Source: Dehalococcoidia bacterium (GTDB lineage Bacteria > Chloroflexota > Dehalococcoidia > Lucifugimonadales > UBA2985). Taken from it: a DNA stretch of 33,540 nt. Of this stretch, positions 8,519-17,991 are shown in pieces. Each line of letters begins with the position of its first letter. Position 1 is the first letter of the stretch. Location of the stretch: the NCBI GenBank assembly GCA_963581795.1, contig CAUZOU010000003.1:1-33540 (forward strand), in the 5' to 3' direction. Below the pieces are notes generated by a model. The model saw only the letters and a list, made by a program, of their open reading frames with translations, was not told the DNA's origin and did not search any database. The translations under genes and the position numbers were made by a program.

Positions 8519-10212
8519 TATGATCTCGCCTCTTCTGCCAATGGTTCCTCCACAAGCTCCGCCGTAGTCTGCCCAGCTGGGATCATTGGATAAACATTCT
8601 CTTCCGGTTCTACCATGAAGTCCACCAAGACCGGGCCTGGGTGTGACATGGCCTCTCGAATGGCGTCCTTGGACTGGCTACGTTCGGTAACACGGATACC
8701 GTGTATGCCGAAAGCCTCGGCCAGCTTCACAAAATCTGGATTCCTTGTGTAGTGAGTGGAGAAGTAGTCCTTTTTGTAGAACAAGTCCTGCCACTGCCTG
8801 ACCATGCCCAGAAAGCCGTTGTTAAATATGGCGAACTTCACAGGAAGATTATTCTCAACTATGGTGGCCAGTTCTGACATGGTCATCTGGAAGCCACCGT
8901 CGCCCGCTATGGACCAGACAACCCTATCGGGCTGACCTACCTGAGCCCCCATTGCCGCGGGTACTTCAAAGCCCATCGAACCCAGCCCTCCTGAGGTGAT
9001 GAAGGAGTTTGCTATTTTGCATGCATAGTGCTGGGCGGCCCACATCTGGTGCTGCCCTACTCCTGTCACGACTATGGCTTTGCCCTCGGTAACCTCACAC
9101 AGGTCACGCACTACTTGTTGCGGCAGCAGCTTATCCGTTTCACGAATATGCAGAGAGGGGTGATTAGCCTTAAGCTCTTCAAGACGCTTTATCCATTCTG
9201 GGTGCGTTGCCGACTCCACAGACGGGTTCAACTCTCTCAATACTCTGGCTAAGTCCCCGACTATGGGGACGTCGGTACTAACGTTCTTATCTATCTCAGC
9301 TGGGTCTACGTCAACGTGAATGATCTTGGCGTTGGTGGCAAAGCCACTAGTGTCGCCAGTAATCCGGTCATCGAAGCGCATGCCAAGTCCGAGGACGAGG
9401 TCAGCTTCATCTATGGCGAGGCTCGCATAAGCCAAGCCGTGCATGCCCGGCATGCCAGTAAAGAGAACGTGGTCGTCCGGGAAAGCACTGCGACCAAGAA
9501 GCGTAGTTTCTACGGGGATTTGTGCCTTTTCAGCCAGTTCCGTCAACTCATCAAAAGCCCCGGAGATGATTACGCCATGACCAGCCAAGATGAGGGGTCT
9601 TTTGGCCTCATTAATAAACTTGGCAGCTTTGGTTATCTGTGACGGATCCCCATCCAATACAGGCTTGTAACCAGGCAAATCCACAGTCTCCGGATAAACG
9701 AATTCCGCTACCTCTGTAAAAACGTCCTTGGGAATGTCAACAAGGACAACGCCTGGGCGGCCTGTACTTGCAATATAAAACGCCTCTTTTATGGCGACTG
9801 CTATATCCTCTGCTCTCATAACCAGATAGTTATGCTTGGTAACGGGAAGGGTTATGCCTGTCACGTCAACTTCCTGGAAGGCGTCTTTTCCAATGGCTGC
9901 CCGCCCTACCTGGCCAGTGATGGCCACCATTGGTACCGAGTCCATCTGTGCGGTGGCTATACCGGTAACCAGATTGGTAGCCCCTGGCCCAGATGTGGCC
10001 ATGCAGACACCAACTTTACCAGTTGCCCGTGCGTAACCGTCGGCGGCCATGGATGCGCCTTCTTCATGTCGAGTCAATATATGCCTAAGTTGTGGATAGC
10101 TGGACATGGTCTGGTATAGGGGCAATATTGCCCCGCCGGGTAAACCAAATATCACTTCTACGCCCTCACGCAGCAGGCTCTCACAAACTATTTGACCTCC
10201 CGTTAGCTTCAT
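8518..10212 (-). CDS. ilvB: acetolactate synthase large subunit
   Basis: FGLPGGAILP, RHEEGA, TSGPGATN, RFDDRITG, GVGQHQMWAAQ, ThDP-binding GDGGFQM...NNGFLGMVRQWQ. Confidence 0.98.
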   Translation of the reverse strand: MKLTGGQIVCESLLREGVEVIFGLPGGAILPLYQTMSSYPQLRHILTRHEEGASMAADGYARATGKVGVCMATSGPGATNLVTGIATAQMDSVPMVAITGQVGRAAIGKDAFQEVDVTGITLPVTKHNYLVMRAEDIAVAIKEAFYIASTGRPGVVLVDIPKDVFTEVAEFVYPETVDLPGYKPVLDGDPSQITKAAKFINEAKRPLILAGHGVIISGAFDELTELAEKAQIPVETTLLGRSAFPDDHVLFTGMPGMHGLAYASLAIDEADLVLGLGMRFDDRITGDTSGFATNAKIIHVDVDPAEIDKNVSTDVPIVGDLARVLRELNPSVESATHPEWIKRLEELKANHPSLHIRETDKLLPQQVVRDLCEVTEGKAIVVTGVGQHQMWAAQHYACKIANSFITSGGLGSMGFEVPAAMGAQVGQPDRVVWSIAGDGGFQMTMSELATIVENNLPVKFAIFNNGFLGMVRQWQDLFYKKDYFSTHYTRNPDFVKLAEAFGIHGIRVTERSQSKDAIREAMSHPGPVLVDFMVEPEENVYPMIPAGQTTAELVEEPLAEEARS

Positions 10213-10243
10213 ACTCCGTTACCTCCGTTGGTACTTTTCGACC

Positions 10244-10281
10244 AAAAAAATAATTCCCGCCCCATATAAGGGACGGGATTA
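10244..10281 (-). terminator. intrinsic terminator of the T-box leader
   Basis: UCCCGUCCC-UUAUAU-GGGGCGGGA followed by AUUAUUUUUUU; its 5' arm is shared with the antiterminator. Confidence 0.9.
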
Positions 10282-10531
10282 ATTGAGTAAATCCCGCGGT
10301 ACCACCCTTTTTCCCCGATTTTTATTAAACCGGGACGCTCTTACAGGACACAAATATGCCCCTCCCCTTGATAACGGGAGGCCATCCCGGCCGGTTCTAC
10401 TTGCCCCGACCAATCGAAGCTTTCTTCCGGCGGCTCAGGAGCTACGTTCTTAGGGCCTTTCCACGTCTGCTTCCACCGTACCAGACTCGCTAAATGGAGG
10501 ATTCCCTCTTACTCTTCTCCGTCTTAGCCTT
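10244..10531 (-). promoter_or_regulatory. T-box riboswitch, predicted specifier GUA (Val)
   Basis: K-turn GGC-UAA-GA...GA-GCC; stem I with AGUA, AGCGA and GGUGGAA; specifier loop GAAC-GUA-G (codon at 10445-10443); stem II with AGUA/GAA; CCGUUAUC element; T-box AAAAAGGGUGGUACCGCG (about 10294-10312); antiterminator closed by CGUCCCUU. Confidence 0.95.
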
Positions 10532-10568
10532 TGATTACCTTCTTTTTTTATACACTAAAGGAGCTTTC

Positions 10569-10596
10569 AGTCTAGCACAACTCGACTATTTGTCAA
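10569..10596 (-). promoter_or_regulatory. promoter of the T-box/ilvB transcript (TTGACA-16-TAGACT with TGn)
   Basis: Minus strand TTGACA aatagtcgagttgTGc TAGACT, about 40 nt upstream of stem I. Confidence 0.7.
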
Positions 10597-10654
10597 CATG
10601 CGTAGGCACGGAGAAATCGTACGCATGATAGATTGCTAAGCATCACACAAACAA

Positions 10655-12088
10655 TCAGGGCAAGATTGCCCTAGTAGCCGCTTCGATAGCGTCCACAAGA
10701 GGTCCCGGGTACACGCCAACAACGATGACACCCGCTATCAGCACACCTAGTGCACCGCCGCTGACCCGGGATATCTTCAGAGGCGTATTATCGATTGCAG
10801 GCACCATGTACATCTGCTTCATAACCATCATGTAATAGTAGAGAGATATGAGGCTGTTGGTTATAGCCAGCCCCACCAGCCACAGAAGCCCCCCATCAGC
10901 AGCCGCGGCGAACAGGTAAAACTTGGTTGTGAATCCAGCAAAGAATGGAAGCCCTGCAAGTGAGAAGAGTGACACTGTCATGGCCATGGCCACCAAGGGT
11001 GACCTGTCAGCCAGGCCGGCGAAGTCGGAAATCTCTTCTTTATCCGTCGAGTTGTAGAAAATGATAACGCACATGAAAACCGCCAGATTTGTAATCCCGT
11101 ACCCAACTAGGTGAAAGATCACACCATTGGAAGCCAGCGGCGACAAGGCTGCCACACCCATCAACAGATAACCCACCTGCCCCACACTGGAGTAGGCCAG
11201 CATGCGTTTGATGTTTTGTTGTGCCAACGCTACCAGGTTTCCAACCGTCATGGTCAGGGCCGCCAGGATCACCAGAATTATCTGCCAGTCGTCGAAGACA
11301 GGCATAAATGCCTGTGAGAAGAGTCGCAGTATAAGAGCAAAGGCGGCTGCTTTCGATCCAACAGCCAAGTATGCAGTCACAGGCGTAGGGGCACCCTCGT
11401 ATACATCGGGGGCCCACATGTGGAAGGGCACCGCCGCCACCTTAAAGCCAAGCCCGGCTATTATAAGAACCAGACCCACCAATACTGCAGGGTTTATAGG
11501 AGTCCCGTCCAAGAGGAGTGCAGCGTGTATCTCTTCAAAGCGGGTGGTGCCCAGCATCCCGTACACCTGGCTGATTCCGTATAAAAGCAATCCTGAAGCG
11601 AAGGCGCCCAGCAGAATATATTTGAGCCCGGCTTCACTGGGTTTGAGCCCATGACGGCCGTAAGAGACCAAGACGTACAGGCTGAAACTCAAAAGCTCCA
11701 GTGAGATATATGCCGTCAGCAGTTCGCCGGAGGCGGCCATCAGCATCATCGCCAGAATTGAGAATAGCAGTATGCCGTAGTACTCTCCGGGACGGCTCAA
11801 GTGTTTCTTAACGTAGTCCACCGACGCAAGCACCACCAGCACCCCAAGCACTAGGAAGAAAGCCTTGAAGAAGAGGGAGAAGTTATCCACAAGGAAAAGG
11901 CCGTCGTAGAGATTCGTGTCCCTACCCCACATATACCACAAGGAGAAGATAAGCACGCCTATCAGTCCCACCACACTCAACGACGGCAGGTAGCCTTTCT
12001 TGTCCTGTGGCAGGATAAGGTCTATGCCAAGCACTCCAAAGGCCACGGCTGCCAGGGTGAATTCTGGTGAAAACAGCATGTAGTTCAT
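10655..12088 (-). CDS. nuoN: NADH-quinone oxidoreductase subunit N
   Basis: Multi-TM antiporter-like subunit; SLELLS, EAGLKY, GFKVAAVPFHMWAPDVYEGAPTPV, KRMLAYSS; last gene of the nuo operon. Confidence 0.96.
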   Translation of the reverse strand: MNYMLFSPEFTLAAVAFGVLGIDLILPQDKKGYLPSLSVVGLIGVLIFSLWYMWGRDTNLYDGLFLVDNFSLFFKAFFLVLGVLVVLASVDYVKKHLSRPGEYYGILLFSILAMMLMAASGELLTAYISLELLSFSLYVLVSYGRHGLKPSEAGLKYILLGAFASGLLLYGISQVYGMLGTTRFEEIHAALLLDGTPINPAVLVGLVLIIAGLGFKVAAVPFHMWAPDVYEGAPTPVTAYLAVGSKAAAFALILRLFSQAFMPVFDDWQIILVILAALTMTVGNLVALAQQNIKRMLAYSSVGQVGYLLMGVAALSPLASNGVIFHLVGYGITNLAVFMCVIIFYNSTDKEEISDFAGLADRSPLVAMAMTVSLFSLAGLPFFAGFTTKFYLFAAAADGGLLWLVGLAITNSLISLYYYMMVMKQMYMVPAIDNTPLKISRVSGGALGVLIAGVIVVGVYPGPLVDAIEAATRAILP

Positions 12089-13587
12089 GTCAGGCTAGCC
12101 ACCCTGGCAAGAATGGGAGCCACACCGCTGTTAATTAAGTCCATCCATGGTTTTGGATATAGCCCGACTACCAGTAAAAAGATCACCAGTATTCCCATGG
12201 AAAATCCCTGAAGCCGTGTGGCATCGGGCAGGTGTTCCCAACGAGGGTCCAAGGGGCCGAAGAATACCTTGGCCAAAAGCCTGAGGATGTATACGGCCGT
12301 GATGGCCGCTCCTATTATTCCCAGCATGCCCAGCACAGGGTAGTCCTTGAAGACACCAATGAATACCATCAACTCCGCTACAAATCCGCTGAAGCCTGGC
12401 AGCCCCAGAGAGGTGAGTCCCGCCACGGCAAAGAAGGCGGCTGTGAGTCCCATGCGCTTGGTCAACCCCTCCAGCACTCCAATATCTCGAACGTGGGCAC
12501 GGTCGTAGACGACTCCGACTAGGGCGAAGAGGAGGGCTGTCATAATGCCGTGTGAGAACATCTGCAGGACCGCACCACTGACTCCCAGAGAGTTGAGCGT
12601 GGCAAAGCCCATGAAGACATATCCCATGTGACTCACGCTTGAGTAGCCAATAACGTATTTCAGGTCTCGTTGCCCCATAGCCGACACAGCGCCGTATACC
12701 ACGTTGATCGTGCCCAAGATGATCAAGACTGGCATCCAGTCCTCTGCACCCTGAGGCAGCAGGTCAATACCAATCCGTATTATGCCGTAAGCCCCAAGTT
12801 TCATCAGCACTCCGGCGTGGAGCATACTCACCGATGTGGGTGCCGCCACGTGACCGTCAGGCGACCAAGAGTGAAACGGCCATAGACCAGCTAGGATACC
12901 AAAGCCAACCATGAACAGTGGAAAGAAAATACGCTGGAAGTTCTCGGAGAAGGTCACATGTTCCAACTCCAGAAGCGAAAATGTCCCAATCCCTCCCTCC
13001 ACAAACACGGCTACAAGGGCCACCCACACGAGTACGCTTCCAGCCACCAAATACAACATCAGCTTCATTGCCCCGTACTCTTTGGGCCTCAGGAAACTGC
13101 CGAAGTCGCTGCTACTTCCCCAAACTCCAATGAGCAGGTACATTGGCATAACAGCCAGTTCGTAGAAGAAGAAAAAGAAGAACAGGTCAAGAGACACGAA
13201 CACACCAAAGACTCCCGCCACAAGCAGAAAGAAGAGGACAAAAAATTCTTTGGCTCGATACTCAACGTTCCACGACATTAGGACTCCCGTGAACATCACG
13301 ACTCCGGTGAGCAGGACCATGGGCACTGAGATGCCATCTACACCCAATGAGAAGGTAACACCAAGGGAGTCCAGCCACTGAATCTCACGAGTGAGCTGAT
13401 ACCCTGCCTCAGCGGTGTCGTACGCCAAGAAGACGTAGGCAGTGAGGGCCGTGATCACCACTGCCACTGCCGCGGACGTCAGCCTTATATGCTGGAGCCT
13501 ATCCTTTGGCAGAAAGGCCAGAAGGACGCCCCACCCAAATGGTATTGCCACAAGGGCCATGAGTACGTATGAGTCGAATGTATCCAC
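12085..13587 (-). CDS. nuoM: NADH-quinone oxidoreductase subunit M
   Basis: LGVDGIS, FFFFYELAVMPMYLLIGVWG, PFHSWSPDGHVAAPT, MKLGAYG, YSSVSHMG, GLPGFSGFVAE. Confidence 0.96.
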   Translation of the reverse strand: MDTFDSYVLMALVAIPFGWGVLLAFLPKDRLQHIRLTSAAVAVVITALTAYVFLAYDTAEAGYQLTREIQWLDSLGVTFSLGVDGISVPMVLLTGVVMFTGVLMSWNVEYRAKEFFVLFFLLVAGVFGVFVSLDLFFFFFFYELAVMPMYLLIGVWGSSSDFGSFLRPKEYGAMKLMLYLVAGSVLVWVALVAVFVEGGIGTFSLLELEHVTFSENFQRIFFPLFMVGFGILAGLWPFHSWSPDGHVAAPTSVSMLHAGVLMKLGAYGIIRIGIDLLPQGAEDWMPVLIILGTINVVYGAVSAMGQRDLKYVIGYSSVSHMGYVFMGFATLNSLGVSGAVLQMFSHGIMTALLFALVGVVYDRAHVRDIGVLEGLTKRMGLTAAFFAVAGLTSLGLPGFSGFVAELMVFIGVFKDYPVLGMLGIIGAAITAVYILRLLAKVFFGPLDPRWEHLPDATRLQGFSMGILVIFLLVVGLYPKPWMDLINSGVAPILARVASLT

Positions 13588-13640
13588 TTTTACTCTATTT
13601 ACCCTGTTATTTCATTACTACGGCAATTGTAAATTTCTTA

Positions 13641-15542
13641 TTACGCATATGGTAGCGCCAGCCACCATATCAATGCTACCGCCACCACTCCAACAGCCAT
13701 TCCAAGGGCGTAGTTATATACCTTGCCCGTCTCCAGATACCTCAACTTCCATCCAGACAGTAACACCGAACGCCCCGTCGCGTTCACTCCAGCATCGTTC
13801 ACCACTATACGATCAAAGAGTGCCATGAAGCGGGCAAATGCCAGGACAACTCTGTCGATGCCCCACTGATACAGGCTATCAATATAGTACTTGTTGACCA
13901 GCACCCGATGCAGTCCAGCGAACCGCTCACGAATACGCTCTGACGAAAGCGCTTTCCCTGAATACAGCGCCCAGCCAAGGCCAAACCCCGCTATGGAAAG
14001 CACAACTGAGATGGTCATCACAAGGAAGTTGATATGATAGGCCTCCGGCTCCTCAAAGAACAGCCAGTTCCCAAAACCGTCGTAGCCAGGGATCAGTCCA
14101 GGGGCCAACAGTCCTGCCCCCAACGCAAGAACGGCAAGGGCCATCAGAGGCACGGTCATGACCAAAGGCGATTCATGGGCATGATCGTTTTCCGTCTTCA
14201 GATTGCCGAGCACCACAAGGAACAGAAGCCGGGCCATGTACAGAGCGCTCATAAAAGCGGCTACAAGGGTCAGGATAAAGAACAGAGGGCCTCTTCCGTC
14301 GAGTACGGCCACAAGTATCTCATCCTTGCTGAAGAACCCGCTGAGAGGAGGTATACCTCCTAGGGCCAGCAGGCCAATGCCAAAGCTAATTGATGTCACC
14401 GGCATACGCTTCCAAAGGCCGCCCATTTCCCGTATGTCACGTTTGTCGCCGGTACCGTGTGCAATGCTCCCGGCCCCAAGGAACAGCAGTGCTTTAGCAA
14501 AGGCATGAGCCACCAGATGGAATATAGCCGCTGTAAACCCAAACGACCCAAGCGCCAGCATCATGAAGCCAAGATGGCTTATGGTTGAATACGCAAGCAC
14601 ACGCTTGAGGTCGGTCATCACCAACGCCATAGCCGCCGTGATAAGAGCCGTCAAGAGACCAATCACTGCGACCACGAGCATCGCCGTATCCGACATCACG
14701 AACAGAGGGAATACCCTTGCCACAAGAAAGACTCCGGCAACCACCATCGTGGCCGCATGGATCAGGGCGCTGACAGGCGTAGGGCCTTCCATGGCGTCTG
14801 GGAGCCACACGTGCAAGGGAAACTGGGCCGACTTACCCATAGCACCCAGGAATATCAACAAGACTGCAGCCGTCAGAGTGCCGGAGCCTATGCCGCCGTT
14901 TTCCGCTACGTGAATAATTGTGGAGATGTCGAAAGTCCCAGTCTCGTTGAACAACAGCAGAATGCCTATCAGGAGGCCAACATCCCCAATTCTGGTGGTG
15001 ATGAATGCCTTTTTGGCCGCTTCTGCAGCAGAACGTCTGTGATACCAGAACCCTATGAGCAGATAGGAACATGCACCCACAAGCTCCCACGCTATGTACA
15101 TCAATAGGAAGTTGTCGGCAAGAACCAGGGTTAGCATTGCCGCGGCAAAGAGGGAGTGGACGGCAAAGTACCAGCTAAACGACCCCTCCTGATCTTTCAT
15201 ATACCCCAGCGAGTACACCTGCACCATGAGAGCCACAAAGGTCACGAGGCCGAGCATAACCACCGACAATTCATCAACGATTATCCCCAAAGTGAAGGTA
15301 TTCCTTCCGACAGTGAACCAATCCACCGAAAATGTACCGCCACCTGAGGAGAGAAACTCATTCAGTATGTACCAAAAGACTCCGAAGCCAGCGAGGATTG
15401 CCAGAGGCGAGAGAAGGGCCACCTGCTTTGGCAAGAAGCGGCTCAAGATAACGATGGCAAAGAAAGCGGATGCACAAATAGCGGGCGCTAACCACGCCCA
15501 CTGCACGCCCAAATTCGCCACCGGTTCTGCCTGAAGCATCAT
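13641..15542 (-). CDS. nuoL: NADH-quinone oxidoreductase subunit L
   Basis: WELVGACSYLLIGFW, TRIGDVG, GKSAQFPLHVWLPDAMEGPTPVSALIHAATMV, HAFAKALLF, C-terminal lateral helix region. Confidence 0.97.
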   Translation of the reverse strand: MMLQAEPVANLGVQWAWLAPAICASAFFAIVILSRFLPKQVALLSPLAILAGFGVFWYILNEFLSSGGGTFSVDWFTVGRNTFTLGIIVDELSVVMLGLVTFVALMVQVYSLGYMKDQEGSFSWYFAVHSLFAAAMLTLVLADNFLLMYIAWELVGACSYLLIGFWYHRRSAAEAAKKAFITTRIGDVGLLIGILLLFNETGTFDISTIIHVAENGGIGSGTLTAAVLLIFLGAMGKSAQFPLHVWLPDAMEGPTPVSALIHAATMVVAGVFLVARVFPLFVMSDTAMLVVAVIGLLTALITAAMALVMTDLKRVLAYSTISHLGFMMLALGSFGFTAAIFHLVAHAFAKALLFLGAGSIAHGTGDKRDIREMGGLWKRMPVTSISFGIGLLALGGIPPLSGFFSKDEILVAVLDGRGPLFFILTLVAAFMSALYMARLLFLVVLGNLKTENDHAHESPLVMTVPLMALAVLALGAGLLAPGLIPGYDGFGNWLFFEEPEAYHINFLVMTISVVLSIAGFGLGWALYSGKALSSERIRERFAGLHRVLVNKYYIDSLYQWGIDRVVLAFARFMALFDRIVVNDAGVNATGRSVLLSGWKLRYLETGKVYNYALGMAVGVVAVALIWWLALPYA

Positions 15543-15553
15543 TTGTTACGTCC

Positions 15554-15859
15554 TTACCATTTCATCAAGTCAACCTCATCCACATCCACCGAAGCACGAT
15601 CCCTAAAGAGTCTTAAAATTATGGCCATTGCCAGTCCAACCTCAGCCGCCGCCACGGTGATAACGAATATCGCTATGACCTGCCCCGTGGCCTGCGCCCC
15701 TTCCCCGTACGCCGCAAAGGCGATGAGATTTATGTTTACCGCGTTCAGCATAAGCTCCAGGGCAAGGAGGACGAGTACTGCGTTACGCCTGGCCAGCACT
15801 CCATATATGCCTATTGAGAACAGGGCTGCACTGAGTATCTGAAAGTGGATGAGGCTCAT
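15554..15859 (-). CDS. nuoK: NADH-quinone oxidoreductase subunit K
   Basis: RRNAVLVLLALELMLNAVN, VAAAEVGLA; three TM helices. Confidence 0.97.
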   Translation of the reverse strand: MSLIHFQILSAALFSIGIYGVLARRNAVLVLLALELMLNAVNINLIAFAAYGEGAQATGQVIAIFVITVAAAEVGLAMAIILRLFRDRASVDVDEVDLMKW

Positions 15860-16347
15860 TCTGCATCCCTCTCCCTAGCTATGACTATGGCCCCAATGAG
15901 GGCCACAAGCAACACCAGAGATGCCACCTCAAATGGAACCGCCCATTTCGTAAAGAGGCTATCGCCCAGTTCCCTGAAAGCAACCGAATGACGGGCGGTT
16001 TCATTCGGAGCCCCGTTTATAATCGCCCAGGCCAGAAGCACAAACACCCCCAAGGCCGTTACAATAGCCAACGGCCACTGTGGATTGGCCCTCATTGCCC
16101 GGAACTCCTGTACCCGTGTGAGCATTATCACGAAGAGCACCACTATGGTGATGGCCCCTCCGTAAATGAGTACCTGCACCAGAGCAAGGAACTCGGCCAG
16201 CAGTAGTAAATACAGTCCTGCAACCGCCATCAAGGACACAAGAAGTAGAAGTGCGGCGTGCACCACGTTGCGTGACATCACCACCCCCACAGCACCACCA
16301 AGACACACGACACCGAGGAGATAAAACACGGCCAGAGACAGGCTCAA
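15856..16347 (-). CDS. nuoJ: NADH-quinone oxidoreductase subunit J
   Basis: RNVVHAAL, AEFLALVQVLIYGGAI, PFEVASLVLLVALIGAI. Confidence 0.96.
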   Translation of the reverse strand: MSLSLAVFYLLGVVCLGGAVGVVMSRNVVHAALLLLVSLMAVAGLYLLLLAEFLALVQVLIYGGAITIVVLFVIMLTRVQEFRAMRANPQWPLAIVTALGVFVLLAWAIINGAPNETARHSVAFRELGDSLFTKWAVPFEVASLVLLVALIGAIVIARERDAE

Positions 16348-16883
16348 CTCTCGGCCTCCACCGTTTCTTCCTTGGTTTCAGCAGCCTCATCCACGGGTTT
16401 GGCCTCCGCCTCAGCCTTGATCTCCTTCTCGGGTCTCCATCCGGATTCCTGCTGATAAGCTTTGCCCATCTCAAGCAATTTGGGAAGGTTTGTGCGGTTG
16501 CCGTTGCGAGCGTACTTGCTCAGTTCGTGCTCATGACTCATCTCAATCGCATCGAAGTTGCACACGTCCACGCAGATACCGCACAGGATGCATCTACCTA
16601 AGTTTATCTCAAAGCTATCCACAATTTTTCTGCGCGTACTCTTGCCGTCGGCATGAAGGGGATTATCCTTCATCACAGCGGTCATGCACTGCGTGGGGCA
16701 GTAGCGGACGCAGACCATGCACCCGGTACAGTAGGGTTCCTCCACCTTTGCGTCCCACATGAGAACTGGAAAGCCCATATAACGGTCCTCAATTGGTTTA
16801 TGTTCATCTGGGTATTGATACGTCACCGGATGACGGAAAAAGGTGGACAACGTGACCAAGAGCCCCTTTAAATTACCCAGCAT
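16344..16883 (-). CDS. nuoI: NADH-quinone oxidoreductase subunit I
   Basis: VTYQYPDE; two [4Fe-4S] motifs CTGCMVCVRYCP and CILCGICVDVC. Confidence 0.96.
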   Translation of the reverse strand: MLGNLKGLLVTLSTFFRHPVTYQYPDEHKPIEDRYMGFPVLMWDAKVEEPYCTGCMVCVRYCPTQCMTAVMKDNPLHADGKSTRRKIVDSFEINLGRCILCGICVDVCNFDAIEMSHEHELSKYARNGNRTNLPKLLEMGKAYQQESGWRPEKEIKAEAEAKPVDEAAETKEETVEAES

Positions 16884-17991
16884 TGGACGCCTCCGAAACG
16901 GGCACGTATAGTTTCACGGTGTACTCTGGGGTGGGAGCCGTGCGCATACGCCTGCTTAGTTCCCAGACCACAGCCACCAAGATAGCCACGGACATTATTG
17001 TAAGGCTCCAGGCAGGCCATTCATAGAACTTGTAGACCGCAGTGATTATCACGTTTACGAAGGCCAGAGGCACCAATACCTTCCACCCAAGGGACATAAG
17101 TTGATCGATTCTCAGGCGCGGATACGTGCCGCGCACCCAGAAGATTACGAGAATGACCATGTATGTCTTGACCAGGAAGACAAGAACCCCCAGAGCGGAA
17201 ACGTCGTCGGAAACCCCCGGAAATAACCACCCTCCCAGGAACAACAGAACTGTAAGTGAGGCAATTGCAAAGGTGTTGATGTACTCCGCCAGGAAGAAGA
17301 CGGACCAGTGGGCACCGCTGTACTCCACGAAAGGCCCTCCAACCACCTCAGACTCCGCCGGATGTATGTCGAATGGAGTCCGGCCCAACTCAGCCAGCCC
17401 AGCGATAAAGAATATCACCAGTCCAAGCGGCTGGATCAGGGCATAGACTACCGTATCCTGTTGATCCACAACCTTCTGCAAGTTCATGGATTGGGCCAGC
17501 ATCACCACTCCAAGCACCGCCAGAATCAGCGGTATTTCATAGCTTATCAACTGTGCCGCTGCCCTGAAGCCTCCAATCACAGCGTACTTGTTTGAAGAGG
17601 CCCAACCGGCCGTTACCAGCCCCACTATGGATAGAACGGAGAAGGCTATTATGTAGAAAAGACCCATCTCCATGTTCTGAATGACCAGGTCTTTTGCAAT
17701 CGGTATTGTCACCCATATCATGAACGTTGGAATAAACACCGCCAGAGGTGCAACCCAGTACACCACCCGGTCAACCCAGCTGGACAGCAGGTCTTCTTTA
17801 GCCATGAGTTTGATCGCATCGGCCACAGGCTGTAACAGTCCGTACGGCCCCGACCGCGTTGGACCCATACGCATCTGCATTCGGCCAAGGAACTTACGCT
17901 CCAGCCATGTCAGTGAGAGGACTACGACGGAAAGCCCAGTCAGCACGCCAAGTATGACCGAGACCAACAGCAGCGTTTCCAGAGCGCTCAA
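16873..17991 (-). CDS. nuoH: NADH-quinone oxidoreductase subunit H
   Basis: ERKFLGRMQMRMGP, GLLQPVADAIKL, AQLISYE, RTPFDIHPAESE, PRLRIDQLM. Confidence 0.97.
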   Translation of the reverse strand: MSALETLLLVSVILGVLTGLSVVVLSLTWLERKFLGRMQMRMGPTRSGPYGLLQPVADAIKLMAKEDLLSSWVDRVVYWVAPLAVFIPTFMIWVTIPIAKDLVIQNMEMGLFYIIAFSVLSIVGLVTAGWASSNKYAVIGGFRAAAQLISYEIPLILAVLGVVMLAQSMNLQKVVDQQDTVVYALIQPLGLVIFFIAGLAELGRTPFDIHPAESEVVGGPFVEYSGAHWSVFFLAEYINTFAIASLTVLLFLGGWLFPGVSDDVSALGVLVFLVKTYMVILVIFWVRGTYPRLRIDQLMSLGWKVLVPLAFVNVIITAVYKFYEWPAWSLTIMSVAILVAVVWELSRRMRTAPTPEYTVKLYVPVSEASNAG

